Source: a virus (Duplodnaviria > Caudoviricetes). Taken from it: DNA of 64,000 nucleotides. The notes beneath the pieces were generated by a model. The model was not told the DNA's origin. It saw nothing but the letters and a program-made list of their open reading frames with translations, and ran no database searches. Where the stretch lies: IMG/VR virus record IMGVR_UViG_3300033072_001097, positions 1-64,000 of that record; one strand, given 5' to 3'. Positions 1 through 10,164 of this stretch are shown here, piece after piece (position 1 is the first letter of the stretch; every line of letters begins with the position of its first letter). A program made the position numbers and the translations under genes.

Positions 1-547
1 GAATGGATTTATTCTTTTGTCTGCTGATTGCAGTGGAATTAAATATATATCCTTCATAATTATCCCACAATTTTTCATGCCGCCGCATCTGGGAGAGATC
101 AAAGAATGACCAGTAGGTCGTCGGCCAGATACGTTCGTCCGGCTTGTTGATAGACATAGTCTCGATGCGTGGCACACCAACTAACCGTTCTAGCGGTGCC
201 TCTATGATAGATGGCCCATTACCGATGATGATAAGAATTTTGCCGAGTCCTAATCCGTGGATCGATTTGATTTTATCCAGTGAGCCTGGAACTGGATCGG
301 CAGTTCGGTATTGGACTTGCGTCGTTTTGCGGACGCTTCGCCGTTTGAGGTTTCTTTGTTGTACTACGGCAGAAGATTCAACCCTCGGTTGTTTAGGTTT
401 TTCCGCTGGCGGACGTACATCTTGTAGTTTTAGGACTTTTTGATGCGATGGTTGGGCTACGACTTTGATAGTCGGTGTTGTTTTGACTATAGCCCGTCTA
501 CGGATCAATTGTGGTTTCACCCGACACACGACTATATTTTTGGCCAT
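1..547 (-). CDS. Partial gene (runs off the window start); MptE-like/Maf (sialyltransferase-like) domain after a basic low-complexity N-terminus
   Basis: Translated by hand (absent from ORF track): MAKNIVVCRVKPQ...GLGKILIIIGNGPSIIEAPLERL...TMSINK; the IIGNGPS motif is typical of this fold. Confidence 0.6.
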   Translation of the reverse strand, partial: MAKNIVVCRVKPQLIRRRAIVKTTPTIKVVAQPSHQKVLKLQDVRPPAEKPKQPRVESSAVVQQRNLKRRSVRKTTQVQYRTADPVPGSLDKIKSIHGLGLGKILIIIGNGPSIIEAPLERLVGVPRIETMSINKPDERIWPTTYWSFFDLSQMRRHEKLWDNYEGYIFNSTAISRQKNKSI

Positions 548-758
548 GTGTATCTTCCAAGTTCTTCAAGATTGTGCCTAACAAGGAGGCTAATTGTCCT
601 CCTTTATCTTTATCTAGCATCTTGATGAACACGCTCACAGCACTTTCATTGGAAGCCGCAACGGGATCGACATAGATAATTACTACTTCTTGATGATCAC
701 AAAATAGTGTCTTTATCTCTGTCGAAGCTGTATCAATTTGAACGTTTGCTTTTGACAT
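498..758 (-). CDS. Hypothetical protein
   Basis: ORF 498..869; the ATG at 758 (MSKANVQ) has an AAGGTG RBS-like site upstream. Confidence 0.5.
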   Translation of the reverse strand: MSKANVQIDTASTEIKTLFCDHQEVVIIYVDPVAASNESAVSVFIKMLDKDKGGQLASLLGTILKNLEDTHGQKYSRVSGETTIDP

Positions 759-977
759 TGCCGCACCTTTGTTTTGGTGACTATCATATGGTCCGCTCAT
801 CCTACGATCGATCGGTCTATGGGCCACCCAACATTCGACGCGAATGTTATGCAGACAATCTTCCGACAAGTTTTCCTCCTTCGACGCTTGTTCTAATAAT
901 ACATGAGAATATATTGCGAAATAATATTTATGTTCGGTTGTCGTTATCCGAGGTATTAAGTAATTGACATGAACTCA

Positions 978-1736
978 TTAGTGTGATCTAATGAGAGTAC
1001 GGATGGTCGGCACACGGACGCTTCTGCCCACCTCAGGCAAGACGCCTGCTGCAGCATCATCTATTAATTTACGCATACTATATTTCTGATTGTTCTTCTT
1101 GTTCGTTATACTGTACATGATACGATAAGTAGTCGTGGTCAGTAGATTGAACACGGGAGCACGACCTGGCATGTATACCAGTCTGCCTGACACGAGTTTA
1201 TTCGTGACCTGCAAGAAGGCATCAGATGCCAGATCTTGCTGTTCTTCTTCACTAGGCAAATGGAATTTCATTGAAATACCATTACAGATATTTCGAATAT
1301 TCTCGAGCATGATGTGCCAACTATGCTCTGTACTGAATTCTTGCACATACCCCATTGCATGTAATTCAGCGATTAATGCCGCGTCTGTGGATGGTGCGTG
1401 CTGTAGCAACTTTTCCGTATTAAATGGTACGGTGGTGGGGGTAGGTGGATCTGACAACTCACCCCAATATAATAGCGTTTCTGGTAAACAGCCGTTGTTT
1501 GTGGAGAAAAACAATGGCTGATCGAGTGCCAAACAATGTCTGCGAATTTGATAGGATGGATCTGGTAGTGGTTTTCCGTTTGTTAAAATCACCTTGCCAT
1601 CATGCTGTGCGTATCCTATCACCTTTGTCCATAATATTCCTATCTCTCGGAATATCTCTAATTGTGGGACGGACGAGCTTAATATCCAATGATACCAGTA
1701 ACGTTCCAATTTCTGACTATCACAATATTGACCCAT
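978..1736 (-). CDS. T4 gp55-like (late) sigma factor, divergent
   Basis: Start MGQYCDSQKL with AGGAA upstream; QDLASDAFLQVTNKL..YMPGRAPVFNLLTTTTYRIMYSITNKKNNQK parallels the gp55 region-2 pattern D-M-I-S-D...NPFAYFTQI.Y.AF...I.KEKKQ. Confidence 0.5.
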   Translation of the reverse strand: MGQYCDSQKLERYWYHWILSSSVPQLEIFREIGILWTKVIGYAQHDGKVILTNGKPLPDPSYQIRRHCLALDQPLFFSTNNGCLPETLLYWGELSDPPTPTTVPFNTEKLLQHAPSTDAALIAELHAMGYVQEFSTEHSWHIMLENIRNICNGISMKFHLPSEEEQQDLASDAFLQVTNKLVSGRLVYMPGRAPVFNLLTTTTYRIMYSITNKKNNQKYSMRKLIDDAAAGVLPEVGRSVRVPTIRTLIRSH

Positions 1737-1914
1737 TGCATGTTTCCTGTAACAAATTGGCGAGTGTCTCCCGTTGTCACCAATACGGCGACGTCCCGAA
1801 TAAACGGGGTACACTTTTTTCTGTTGTGCAACGTTGGTTTCAGGAGGATTCTGTATGCCGTTACCACGACAACTCCCGAAGTTGTGCCTACGGGGTAGCT
1901 TAGCCAACATTACT

Positions 1915-3159
1915 ATGGCGAATATCACGCCACAAGAAAGAGAAAGGATCAACAACCTTACCATCCAGATTGCCAACCACCCAGAGTTGCAGCCCAAACG
2001 GACGAGCATAATCAAGAATTATGCCGCAACAATTGGTGGTGACTACCACGACCGTTCTGTTGCCGATAACGAATATTTAATTTCAATTTGGCGTGGCGTC
2101 GTCAACCTCTTCTATCACCGCAAATACACTTTCCGCTGTGCTGCCTGCGGCGAGGCGCATTACACCACCAAACGCAATAGAATAGCTCCTATCGACCGTC
2201 AGCAATTGGTTTGTCCCAATTGTGGTCAAGTCAAGGTTTCTAATGCCGGTGCGACAGGTCTGGCTGTCGGCCAATTTATCTCGTACGACGAATTTGAGAA
2301 TATCGCCAGTCAATTTCCGGATGGACAGGCACCAAGCTGCCAGACTCCTATAGAATATATTCCTGGTGATCGTATCTATCAGAACCCGGAAGATTTGCTT
2401 GCCGACAAAGTACAAGTCAGAAAGTTTTTCGGCGAGGTTAGTTGGAATTATGTTAGGCAACAGATTCGTGAGAACGCTCGCGTAGAACACAAAAAGGACG
2501 TTCAAACGATTACTGGCCGTGCCGATGAGATTATTTTTCAAGAATTGATCTCATTGTGTCGTAAAATGAAGTTAGATTGTCGGTATGATTTGGATTTATC
2601 CACTTACAAGAACAAAACTTTTGACGTCTGTATCACAGGTTTGCTTACTCCGCCAGAATTTTCAGCTGAATTAGCCTTGTTGCGAAAGCGTGCTTTGCAA
2701 AATGACGTGGTGTTGTTTTCTGAAAAGAATTGTGTCTGCGTGTTGAAGGACAGCAGTGCTCCGTTTATTACTGGCAAAGTCAGTATGCCGGAGCATGTAA
2801 TGTACCATGAGGAATGTGGCAACGACCAAGATGGATTTACTATTGGTCAACTTTGGTTTAAAACTCGTGGAGGAGAACGCATGGAGCCGGACGATCATGT
2901 TAAACGCACCGATATCATGGATGTATTGGAAGCAATTCGGCGAGCGCTACCAGATGGGACTTGCCAAGCTGTCTTTGATATTGTCAGCGGGCAGGGTGAC
3001 ACTTACAAGGCGTTCAGTGACGAATATGGCGATAGTTCCCCCAGGAAATGCCAAATAGCGGAATTCTTGCGGGTACCTCACCGTGTGGTTGGCGTATGCC
3101 GCCAACAGATCAAAATCAATTGCTTGTTACATGGATTCGAGCCAGGGGCAGTGTCGTAA
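1915..3159 (+). CDS. Sigma70-like factor with Zn-ribbon insertion
   Basis: Region-2-like segments (DNEYLISIWRG; FFGEVSWNYVRQQIREN) flank CAAC...CPNC; C-terminal region-4-like HTH (DVLEAIRRALP...RKCQIAEFLRVPHRVV). Confidence 0.5.
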   Translation: MANITPQERERINNLTIQIANHPELQPKRTSIIKNYAATIGGDYHDRSVADNEYLISIWRGVVNLFYHRKYTFRCAACGEAHYTTKRNRIAPIDRQQLVCPNCGQVKVSNAGATGLAVGQFISYDEFENIASQFPDGQAPSCQTPIEYIPGDRIYQNPEDLLADKVQVRKFFGEVSWNYVRQQIRENARVEHKKDVQTITGRADEIIFQELISLCRKMKLDCRYDLDLSTYKNKTFDVCITGLLTPPEFSAELALLRKRALQNDVVLFSEKNCVCVLKDSSAPFITGKVSMPEHVMYHEECGNDQDGFTIGQLWFKTRGGERMEPDDHVKRTDIMDVLEAIRRALPDGTCQAVFDIVSGQGDTYKAFSDEYGDSSPRKCQIAEFLRVPHRVVGVCRQQIKINCLLHGFEPGAVS

Positions 3160-3226
3160 AAGATATTAACAGCAGCGTTCGTTCTGCAACATTGTTGTGG
3201 AGTACCAGACATGTATTATATAGATA

Positions 3227-3385
3227 GCGGCTGAGTGCCGCCCATTAAACTTGCGTGGTCTAAACCAAGACACTCTCCTTTTATGGGGAGGAATGCCGGG
3301 TAGGGTCCGGACCGCCTAAATTAGATTTTTATGTAGTATGTCTCAAAAACCGGCCTCATGGGTCTAACAAGGCTCATGGGGCCTC
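3227..3385 (+). other. Structured intergenic segment (candidate small RNA or leader)
   Basis: Hairpins GCGGC/GCCGC 3227-3241 and CTCTCC/GGGGAG 3273-3290; 13-bp stem 3352-3383. Confidence 0.35.
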
Positions 3386-3795
3386 AATTTATTATGATCC
3401 AGAAATCAGCTTGTAGTGCAATCGTCAAGGGCTTAGCGTCCAGCCTTCGCAAAACGTATAAGAATTTGCGTATCGAAGGACATCCTAGTGTAGTACCACA
3501 AGATTCCGTCTTGGCTCCTCTCGCCGTTGCAATTCTGAATATCAAAGATATTACCAATACGTACGGCGTCTGTATTAAGATAACAGAAACTCGATTTTGC
3601 GACACAACGCTGTTTGTATATCGACAATCATTTGTTGATGGAAACGCTCGTAAATGGGCAAAGTGGAGTACTGTTGATCTGTTGCATCCAAATTCTATCG
3701 ACAACCTTGAATCGCAAATTCGTATGGCCATCGATGATCTATTATCAAAGCATAAAGGCGAATCCGTAGAACATGTTGCGACCAACGAAGTTTGA
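3358..3795 (+). CDS. Hypothetical protein
   Basis: ORF overlapping the helicase start; true start probably slightly downstream (MIQKS). Confidence 0.55.
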   Translation: MGLTRLMGPQFIMIQKSACSAIVKGLASSLRKTYKNLRIEGHPSVVPQDSVLAPLAVAILNIKDITNTYGVCIKITETRFCDTTLFVYRQSFVDGNARKWAKWSTVDLLHPNSIDNLESQIRMAIDDLLSKHKGESVEHVATNEV

Positions 3796-5545
3796 ATTGT
3801 CGGCGATAGACGCCTCCTTCCCTAAACCGACCTATCGCGATGGACAAAAAGAAGCGATCGAATTCGCTCTAAAATCGTTCAACAACGGCAAACGAATAGT
3901 CATCTTGGAATGCCCGACCGGTAGTGGCAAATCGGCCATTGGTATGACTATCGCCGATATGGTCCCGCAATCATATTATCTGACTATCACTAAGATTCTC
4001 CAAGACCAATTGGTTGCTGACTTTGGTGATTCGATCGTAGAGCTAAAAGGACGCAACGCCTATCCCTGCACATTTTATAAGAGGGAAGGCCAAAAATTAG
4101 TCGATCGCAAATTGTGGAAAGCGGACCAACTGGCGAAAGCTGTATCAGAACTGCCCACGTGTGCTACCGGATTTTGTCGCACAAAGACGAATCGAGACCA
4201 ACCAGGAGCTTCTTCCAGCTATTGCCGACAATGCTTCCCGGTGGAAGGTCCATTGGGAGATGGAAAGTATAAGGGTGATTTGTCGCGATTGCCAATGGGC
4301 ATGCATTATTCAGCTTGCCCTTATTACGAGCAAGTATTTGCTGCTATCCAATCGCGTAAAGTGGTCATGAATTTCTCGAGCTTTCTGTATCAAACCACTC
4401 TTACCAAACGCTTTGCTGTCCCACGGGACTTGTTGATTATAGATGAATGTCACAATATTGAACCGCAACTATTGGATTTCGTTTCTTTTTCGATCAACGA
4501 TATGCATCTCCAGCAGCATGGCATTTTTATTCCGGAATTGGAGAATCCGTATGATTATTACGTATGGCTACGTGATGTGAAAGTGGCGGAATATCTTGCG
4601 GATGCTGTCAGACAGGCTCGGGAGGATGAAAATCCTCGTCTCGAAGACGATCTAATGCGTTTGCTCAAGAAGTACCAATTATTCGTCCACCGAATCGAAG
4701 ATACGGCTGATACGCGGGGCACTGAATGGGTATCGGAATATGAAGAGAAATTGACTAGCACAGGTGAAGTGTCCTACCGATCGGTGACTATCAAGCCAGT
4801 ATTCATCAATGGGTATGCTCACGATTTATTATTTAAGTATGCGGGCAGAATTTTAATGATGTCGGCAACTGTGTTGGACGTTAACGTTATGATTGATGCT
4901 CTAGGTCTGGAGAGGTCGGAAGTGGCCTCCAAGAGGCTCAAGAATCGATTCCCTGTTGCTAACCGCCCTATCCATCTAAAAACCGTGGCGAAAATGACGG
5001 GTGGCAAAGAAGCCATGGCGAACTGGGCACCGCAATTGGTGGCCGGTGTGGACGACATCGTGGAATCTCATGCTGGGCAAAAAGGAATAATTCACACACA
5101 TAATTTCGCCATCATGGATCACTTGATGACTCGGTGTCGCCCATCAGTGAAATCCAGATTCCTATGCCAACGCGATTTCTTTGACAAGGCCAGAATGCTA
5201 GTAGAGCATGAGAATCGGGAAGATTCTGTTATCATTGCCCCGGCTATGCACGAGGGGCTGGATTTAATAGATTCATTGAGCCGATTCCAAATTATTTGTA
5301 AGGTACCATACGCCAATTTCTACGATAACAAGCAGCTAGCGCGTAGGATAGAGGTAGATCGCAAGTATTATACTTGGCTAACTGCGTTGAAGTTAGTGCA
5401 ATCGTATGGCAGAAGTATTCGTAGTGAAACCGATCATGCTATCACATATATTTTGGATGAGTCTATTTACAAATTCCTAAAAGATGCTAAGCAAATGCTA
5501 CCCAGTTGGTTCCTAGAAGCCATTCAAGATCATGCGAGTTTATAG
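3773..5545 (+). CDS. DinG/Rad3 (XPD-like) SF2 helicase
   Basis: Walker A ECPTGSGKS, LKGRNAYPC, Cys cluster (ACPYY), DECH box, MSAT, EGLDL, QSYGRSIR. Confidence 0.92.
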   Translation: MLRPTKFELSAIDASFPKPTYRDGQKEAIEFALKSFNNGKRIVILECPTGSGKSAIGMTIADMVPQSYYLTITKILQDQLVADFGDSIVELKGRNAYPCTFYKREGQKLVDRKLWKADQLAKAVSELPTCATGFCRTKTNRDQPGASSSYCRQCFPVEGPLGDGKYKGDLSRLPMGMHYSACPYYEQVFAAIQSRKVVMNFSSFLYQTTLTKRFAVPRDLLIIDECHNIEPQLLDFVSFSINDMHLQQHGIFIPELENPYDYYVWLRDVKVAEYLADAVRQAREDENPRLEDDLMRLLKKYQLFVHRIEDTADTRGTEWVSEYEEKLTSTGEVSYRSVTIKPVFINGYAHDLLFKYAGRILMMSATVLDVNVMIDALGLERSEVASKRLKNRFPVANRPIHLKTVAKMTGGKEAMANWAPQLVAGVDDIVESHAGQKGIIHTHNFAIMDHLMTRCRPSVKSRFLCQRDFFDKARMLVEHENREDSVIIAPAMHEGLDLIDSLSRFQIICKVPYANFYDNKQLARRIEVDRKYYTWLTALKLVQSYGRSIRSETDHAITYILDESIYKFLKDAKQMLPSWFLEAIQDHASL

Positions 5546-5864
5546 ATTAATATCACAGCATCCATATAATGAAACGCGATATGATCGAACCACAGAGTGC
5601 AGTGCTTTACATATTAAAGCGTTGGATGTACATCGTCGATTAATGTATATTAGTGAAACTGGGATGGATATTCCAGATACACCCTGTATTATCATCGATG
5701 ACGACGTCAAGCGCGGGACGCCAGCGAGAGTTATATTACCAAATGGTGATATATGGAATTTGGGTGGTCGCACCTATACACATCGAGATTGTTTTGTAGC
5801 AGCACATTATGCTAGTTTAGACCCAACTGACATGATCGCTTACATCATTTGGAAGAATAAATGA
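5532..5864 (+). CDS. Hypothetical protein
   Basis: ORF overlapping both neighbours. Confidence 0.55.
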   Translation: MRVYRLISQHPYNETRYDRTTECSALHIKALDVHRRLMYISETGMDIPDTPCIIIDDDVKRGTPARVILPNGDIWNLGGRTYTHRDCFVAAHYASLDPTDMIAYIIWKNK

Positions 5865-6412
5865 TTAGTATAGTCTCATCACGTGTTGAATTATACGATA
5901 AATTTCTACCCAAGAACGCAATTGGTGCAGAATTGGGAGTGTATGCGGGTGAGAACGCTATCAATTTAGTTAGATATACCAATCCGCAGAAACTATATCT
6001 CTGTGATGATTGGTGTGCTGATATCCCGGAGCACATTTACCAGGCGGCTAGACAAGTTGCTTTAGTATATTGTCGTATGGAAATTGTTAGGCAACAGGAT
6101 CAACATTGGTTGCGTACGTTGCCAGATAAATTTTTAGATTGGGTGTATCTGGACACCCAGCATACATATGAACAGACGAAATTAGAACTGCAATGTTTAC
6201 GAGGGAAAGTTTCGCAGATTATAGCTGGTCACGATCTTATGTGCACGGGATACCACAATAATGTGGCTGACACTTGGGACGGCGGTGTGATGCGTGCACT
6301 AATGGAAGAATTAGCTGAGGGTTGGTTAGAAGTAATTGCTATTACCAAGCCGCAGCCTAATGCGGAATTCTTCGACTTATTCCCCAGCTGGGCATGCAGA
6401 GTAAAGAACTAA
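5861..6412 (+). CDS. Class I SAM-dependent methyltransferase (Methyltransf_24-like)
   Basis: GAELGVYAG, LDWVYLDTQHTYE, IIAGHD. Confidence 0.85.
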   Translation: MISIVSSRVELYDKFLPKNAIGAELGVYAGENAINLVRYTNPQKLYLCDDWCADIPEHIYQAARQVALVYCRMEIVRQQDQHWLRTLPDKFLDWVYLDTQHTYEQTKLELQCLRGKVSQIIAGHDLMCTGYHNNVADTWDGGVMRALMEELAEGWLEVIAITKPQPNAEFFDLFPSWACRVKN

Positions 6413-6597
6413 CGATGTACAGTCTGACTGCATGCACACATATGAGGAATACCAACGCACTTATCGCCAAATTTTTGGCATTGGATTTCTTTTTCGATTA
6501 CGTCCCACATCTCATCCAGATCGATATCGCCATCGCGGAACGCATTGACTAAGGTTGTGATTAACATGATCCCTGAATTATCTTGTAAACGGAACAT
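6409..6597 (-). CDS. Small hypothetical protein
   Basis: Strong GGAGGTG RBS upstream. Confidence 0.55.
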   Translation of the reverse strand: MFRLQDNSGIMLITTLVNAFRDGDIDLDEMWDVIEKEIQCQKFGDKCVGIPHMCACSQTVHR

Positions 6598-6668
6598 TTC
6601 ACACCTCCAACGTCTTCCCGTTCTACTATATCTTTGGTTAATGCTAGCATCGTCCTACACTTAATTGG

Positions 6669-7757
6669 TTAGACTTCCGATTGTTCTACTGCATATAATT
6701 CGTCGCCTTCTACGACGATCTCGTTGTGGGTCGTGAAGAGGACCTTTTCGTCCAAACCTTTTCGTCCCTTAACGTCTGCCTCATACCAGGCTAAAAATAA
6801 ATCTTTATGGGTATGTGAATCGTGCTTTGTAATCTCAGTTGGTTCTTGTTTGAGATTCAACCAACGCACAGATTTGGCCCCCATGGACAATAATCTGTTT
6901 TTCATATCCTGCTTTTCTAAGTGTGTATAATCTTTTTGCAGAGCGATACGTACAATATTACCTTTTACGTGTTGCTCTGTCTTCTCGGCTAACAATTCGT
7001 CTAATAATGTTACGAATTGGGGTGGTGCCTCTTCGCCTGGGAGGAATCTCTCACCAGCTTTCCAAATATTGATGAATTTGTGCGTATCGGTATCTAAGTC
7101 TAAACAATAGAAACCATGAGCGACATCGCCCTCATCGAACTTAAAAGGTATTGGCGATCCAGGATACCAGACGTTTTCCCCGATCTGTTGCTTATTATGA
7201 AAATGACCGGTATAAACTTTATGGAATGCAAATTCTTCAAAATCAATTATAGACCAATTCTGTAATAGGAAACAAGTATTCATAGTAGCGCCACGAATAC
7301 CAATATGTGTCAATAAATTATCGCCCTCTTGAGCTTTGGACTGAATAGCCTTGAGGACGCGCATATATGATTTTTCATAAGTTATGAATGGCAACACCCA
7401 AAATCGCGTCTCATCTATTTGCAAAACTTTGACGTCTTCTATTACTGTGAGATGCTTCCGCAGAGGCGTGAGGCTGTTGATATCCCACGAATGTCGCAGG
7501 AACATATCATGATTACCCGGAAACACAATCCATTGTTGGTGGTAATCGTCTGTGGTCTGTTCGAAGAATCGCGAGACATGCGATAACACTTCGATATCTA
7601 GACTGCGGCGATCGTGGAACAAGTCGCCTAAGACTAATACTGTATCGATGCCTGCGGCATAACAATATTCGCGGATTGTGCGACAGGCCCATAAAATGTC
7701 ATTTAGACGTCCTGGGACACCAAAATGAATGTCACTGGTGATTGCTATCTTGGACAT
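6669..7757 (-). CDS. sbcD: SbcD/Mre11/T4 gp47-like metallophosphoesterase nuclease
   Basis: SDIHFG, LGDLFH, GNHD, TGHFH, YPGSP motifs. Confidence 0.92.
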   Translation of the reverse strand: MSKIAITSDIHFGVPGRLNDILWACRTIREYCYAAGIDTVLVLGDLFHDRRSLDIEVLSHVSRFFEQTTDDYHQQWIVFPGNHDMFLRHSWDINSLTPLRKHLTVIEDVKVLQIDETRFWVLPFITYEKSYMRVLKAIQSKAQEGDNLLTHIGIRGATMNTCFLLQNWSIIDFEEFAFHKVYTGHFHNKQQIGENVWYPGSPIPFKFDEGDVAHGFYCLDLDTDTHKFINIWKAGERFLPGEEAPPQFVTLLDELLAEKTEQHVKGNIVRIALQKDYTHLEKQDMKNRLLSMGAKSVRWLNLKQEPTEITKHDSHTHKDLFLAWYEADVKGRKGLDEKVLFTTHNEIVVEGDELYAVEQSEV

Positions 7758-7811
7758 TTTGCTATCTCCTGTTTTTATATACGCAGAAAACTAAACATGC
7801 GTACATTATAA

Positions 7812-8009
7812 TTACCAAGATCGCAAGATCACTCTTTGATTACAGTTGGGACACGTGATATATTCTTCGCCGTCGGGGCCACCCGAATAATCGTGTCCAT
7901 CGCGGCGTTGCACTTCGATAGGTAAGTACTGTAGTTTCACACCACAAGATCTACAGGTCACTTTTTTGGCAACAGATGGATCGGGTGTTGGATCAATAAT
8001 ATTGACCAT
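7812..8009 (-). CDS. Small Zn-ribbon protein
   Basis: CRSC...CPNC; AGGAG RBS. Confidence 0.7.
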   Translation of the reverse strand: MVNIIDPTPDPSVAKKVTCRSCGVKLQYLPIEVQRRDGHDYSGGPDGEEYITCPNCNQRVILRSW

Positions 8010-8062
8010 TTTAAACTCCTAAGAGCACTAGCCAAACTATAAATAATACATGGAGAATATCA

Positions 8063-8404
8063 ATGAAAGCCAAGCCAATACGTTTAATCCCGTCTCCACC
8101 GGGGTATTGCCAATGTAGTCCAGAAGAGGCGACGCACGTAATTCTACATATGCCTGGTCCAATCCCAGATCGTGTTATTCCGGTACAATTACGTGGTACG
8201 CGAGCGGGAACTGGTAATTGGTCGTGGAATGGCGATACGGAAAAACCAACACTAAAGCCATCTATTAAAACTAGAATGCCACCGGTATGTGAATGTTGCC
8301 ACACACTCGTGAATGATGGTCGGGTGCAATTTTTAACAGATTGCACACACGATCTGGCAGGGCAAACGCTAGATCTATTAGACGTAGATGAGTTTCCGCA
8401 TTAG
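8063..8404 (+). CDS. Conserved small phage/bacterial protein (DUF6527-like)
   Basis: WSWNGDTEKPTLKPSI...CHTLVNDGRVQFLTDCTHDLAGQT pattern. Confidence 0.7.
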   Translation: MKAKPIRLIPSPPGYCQCSPEEATHVILHMPGPIPDRVIPVQLRGTRAGTGNWSWNGDTEKPTLKPSIKTRMPPVCECCHTLVNDGRVQFLTDCTHDLAGQTLDLLDVDEFPH

Positions 8405-8811
8405 GATGACCAAATCTCACCAATTGGTCCGTGAAGCTTTTTGACAATATCTCGCGTGGCATGCTCTGGGCATAAATGATAGACAGAATACCCACCAAAC
8501 CAAACGACATGAGTTGTCCAAATTCCACATTCTTGGCACTTATGTTGCTCGTTGCTCGATTCCGACTCACGTAGATGGAAATCAAGCTCATATTCTAGAT
8601 AACAATCACAAGCTTCTTCGGGGGTGGCGTGCCCATCGGTATGAAATTTATGTCGATGTGGCTCACACGAAGCAACCCATTCTTCATAACCGTGAATGTT
8701 ATGAGGATTATCAGATTTGGGGAAGCCACCGCAGTAGCCGGTTGGATGGCCCTGTCGAGTGAAATCCCATCGTTGGTCGGCTGCTCGCTGTCTGGCACAA
8801 CAATGTTGCAT
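8401..8811 (-). CDS. Cys/His-rich hypothetical protein
   Basis: Start MQHCCARQ with GAGGA RBS; HATPEEACDC, CQEC, LCPEH. Confidence 0.6.
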   Translation of the reverse strand: MQHCCARQRAADQRWDFTRQGHPTGYCGGFPKSDNPHNIHGYEEWVASCEPHRHKFHTDGHATPEEACDCYLEYELDFHLRESESSNEQHKCQECGIWTTHVVWFGGYSVYHLCPEHATRDIVKKLHGPIGEIWSS

Positions 8812-8818
8812 ATTATCC

Positions 8819-9940
8819 TCACAATTCTGGCGTTGCCGATGGCGGCCATTTACAATAAAAAATCTCGTATGACGGTTTCCAAAACACCGGTAATTTTCGT
8901 CGCCGCAGGCAGTATGTGTCTGGGATAAACCTGACAGATAGACCACGATCGGCAAAAAAACTGGTGATCACATCAGTGTCCGGTTTCCCCTCGCACACAT
9001 ATAACACATCCACATTCGCTTCGGCTGTCTGAATGAATTGTATATTTAGATATTTTGCTTGTAATCTATTAGCCAAATTCAAATCATATACGATATTTCC
9101 GTCAGGCGAACGAATTGTATATTCGATGCGGGGGATGAAAGTCTCGATCGCTCTATATTTCCTACCACATCGGCACACCTGAATTTCCGGCGATAAGACC
9201 ATCAAATCGTCTATGGGCCATATTGGGCGCTGTGTCAGATTCAACAAATTGACTATACCGTTTGAGGTAGGAATGAACGTTGGTAAAAAATGCTTTATTC
9301 CGTACTGACAGGTATAAAAATGCATGGTGGTCGTCCAGTTCACCATATTATTATTAAAATGAATTCGTTTGGGTGGGTTTGCGAAGAATCCCTCCCAATT
9401 AGTTGACATCGCGGACGTCAAATTAGAATGATTAAGATAATATCTAAATATTGGATCGGATAACAAATATAACCAGTTATTCGGACAGGAAAATAGGGCG
9501 CATTGACCAATTTGTTTTAGTTGCGATATCAGATATTCCACAGCTCCTGGTTTATCCAACCGTGCGTATATTAAGTAATGATGCGGGATAGTAGCACCAG
9601 GACAATCACGCTCATCGGTACGAAATTGTTCTACTGTTTCCAACATTGGCATCGCCAATGTCACGTATGAACTCTGAAGACGATATTTGGTGTGATCCTC
9701 GAGACATTTCAACCAGAAATCGGTATTTGGTCCGAATGTGATATTTCTGAAATTCCCAGTCGTTCCGCCGCTGGTGAAGAAATAATCAACTAATTGTAAA
9801 CGAATACCAGCCTCGACGCGAAGTGGTATTAGTTCTTCTAATGGTGTCTCAAATTGATATGATAAGATCTTATCCCATAAGTCATAGGCATTTGGCGCGA
9901 TCGGATCATGGTAATATTTCTGATATGCGTCGTAGAGCAT
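8819..9940 (-). CDS. PaaK/CapK-like adenylate-forming ligase (copy 1)
   Basis: P-loop-like FTSGGTTG and C-terminal CRCGRKY; ATG 9940 lies just after the upstream peptide stop; paralog of 33727..34833. Confidence 0.6.
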   Translation of the reverse strand: MLYDAYQKYYHDPIAPNAYDLWDKILSYQFETPLEELIPLRVEAGIRLQLVDYFFTSGGTTGNFRNITFGPNTDFWLKCLEDHTKYRLQSSYVTLAMPMLETVEQFRTDERDCPGATIPHHYLIYARLDKPGAVEYLISQLKQIGQCALFSCPNNWLYLLSDPIFRYYLNHSNLTSAMSTNWEGFFANPPKRIHFNNNMVNWTTTMHFYTCQYGIKHFLPTFIPTSNGIVNLLNLTQRPIWPIDDLMVLSPEIQVCRCGRKYRAIETFIPRIEYTIRSPDGNIVYDLNLANRLQAKYLNIQFIQTAEANVDVLYVCEGKPDTDVITSFFADRGLSVRFIPDTYCLRRRKLPVFWKPSYEIFYCKWPPSATPEL

Positions 9941-9941
9941 G

Positions 9942-10154
9942 CTAACAAGATGCTGGAACTGGTTGTGTCTGGTTGCATACACCAACTGCTATTAAACACA
10001 AACAATCGACCTCCGGCACTCCTGGACTATCAGTACCACTTTCGTATACGCCGCAACGTATCGTATCGCTCTCCATATATTTCTCGACAAGTACCGCCAC
10101 ATCCTGTTCGCCTGGCAGCCCGAATTTTGCTCGTTCTTCTTCTGTGAAAATCAT
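9942..10154 (-). CDS. Putative RiPP precursor peptide (copy 1), 70 aa
   Basis: Lies between rSAM and ligase; leader FTEEERAKFGLP..DVAVLV shared with 34826..35104; Cys-containing C-terminus DCLCLIAVGVC. Confidence 0.55.
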   Translation of the reverse strand: MIFTEEERAKFGLPGEQDVAVLVEKYMESDTIRCGVYESGTDSPGVPEVDCLCLIAVGVCNQTQPVPASC

Positions 10155-10164
10155 GTGTTTGTCC

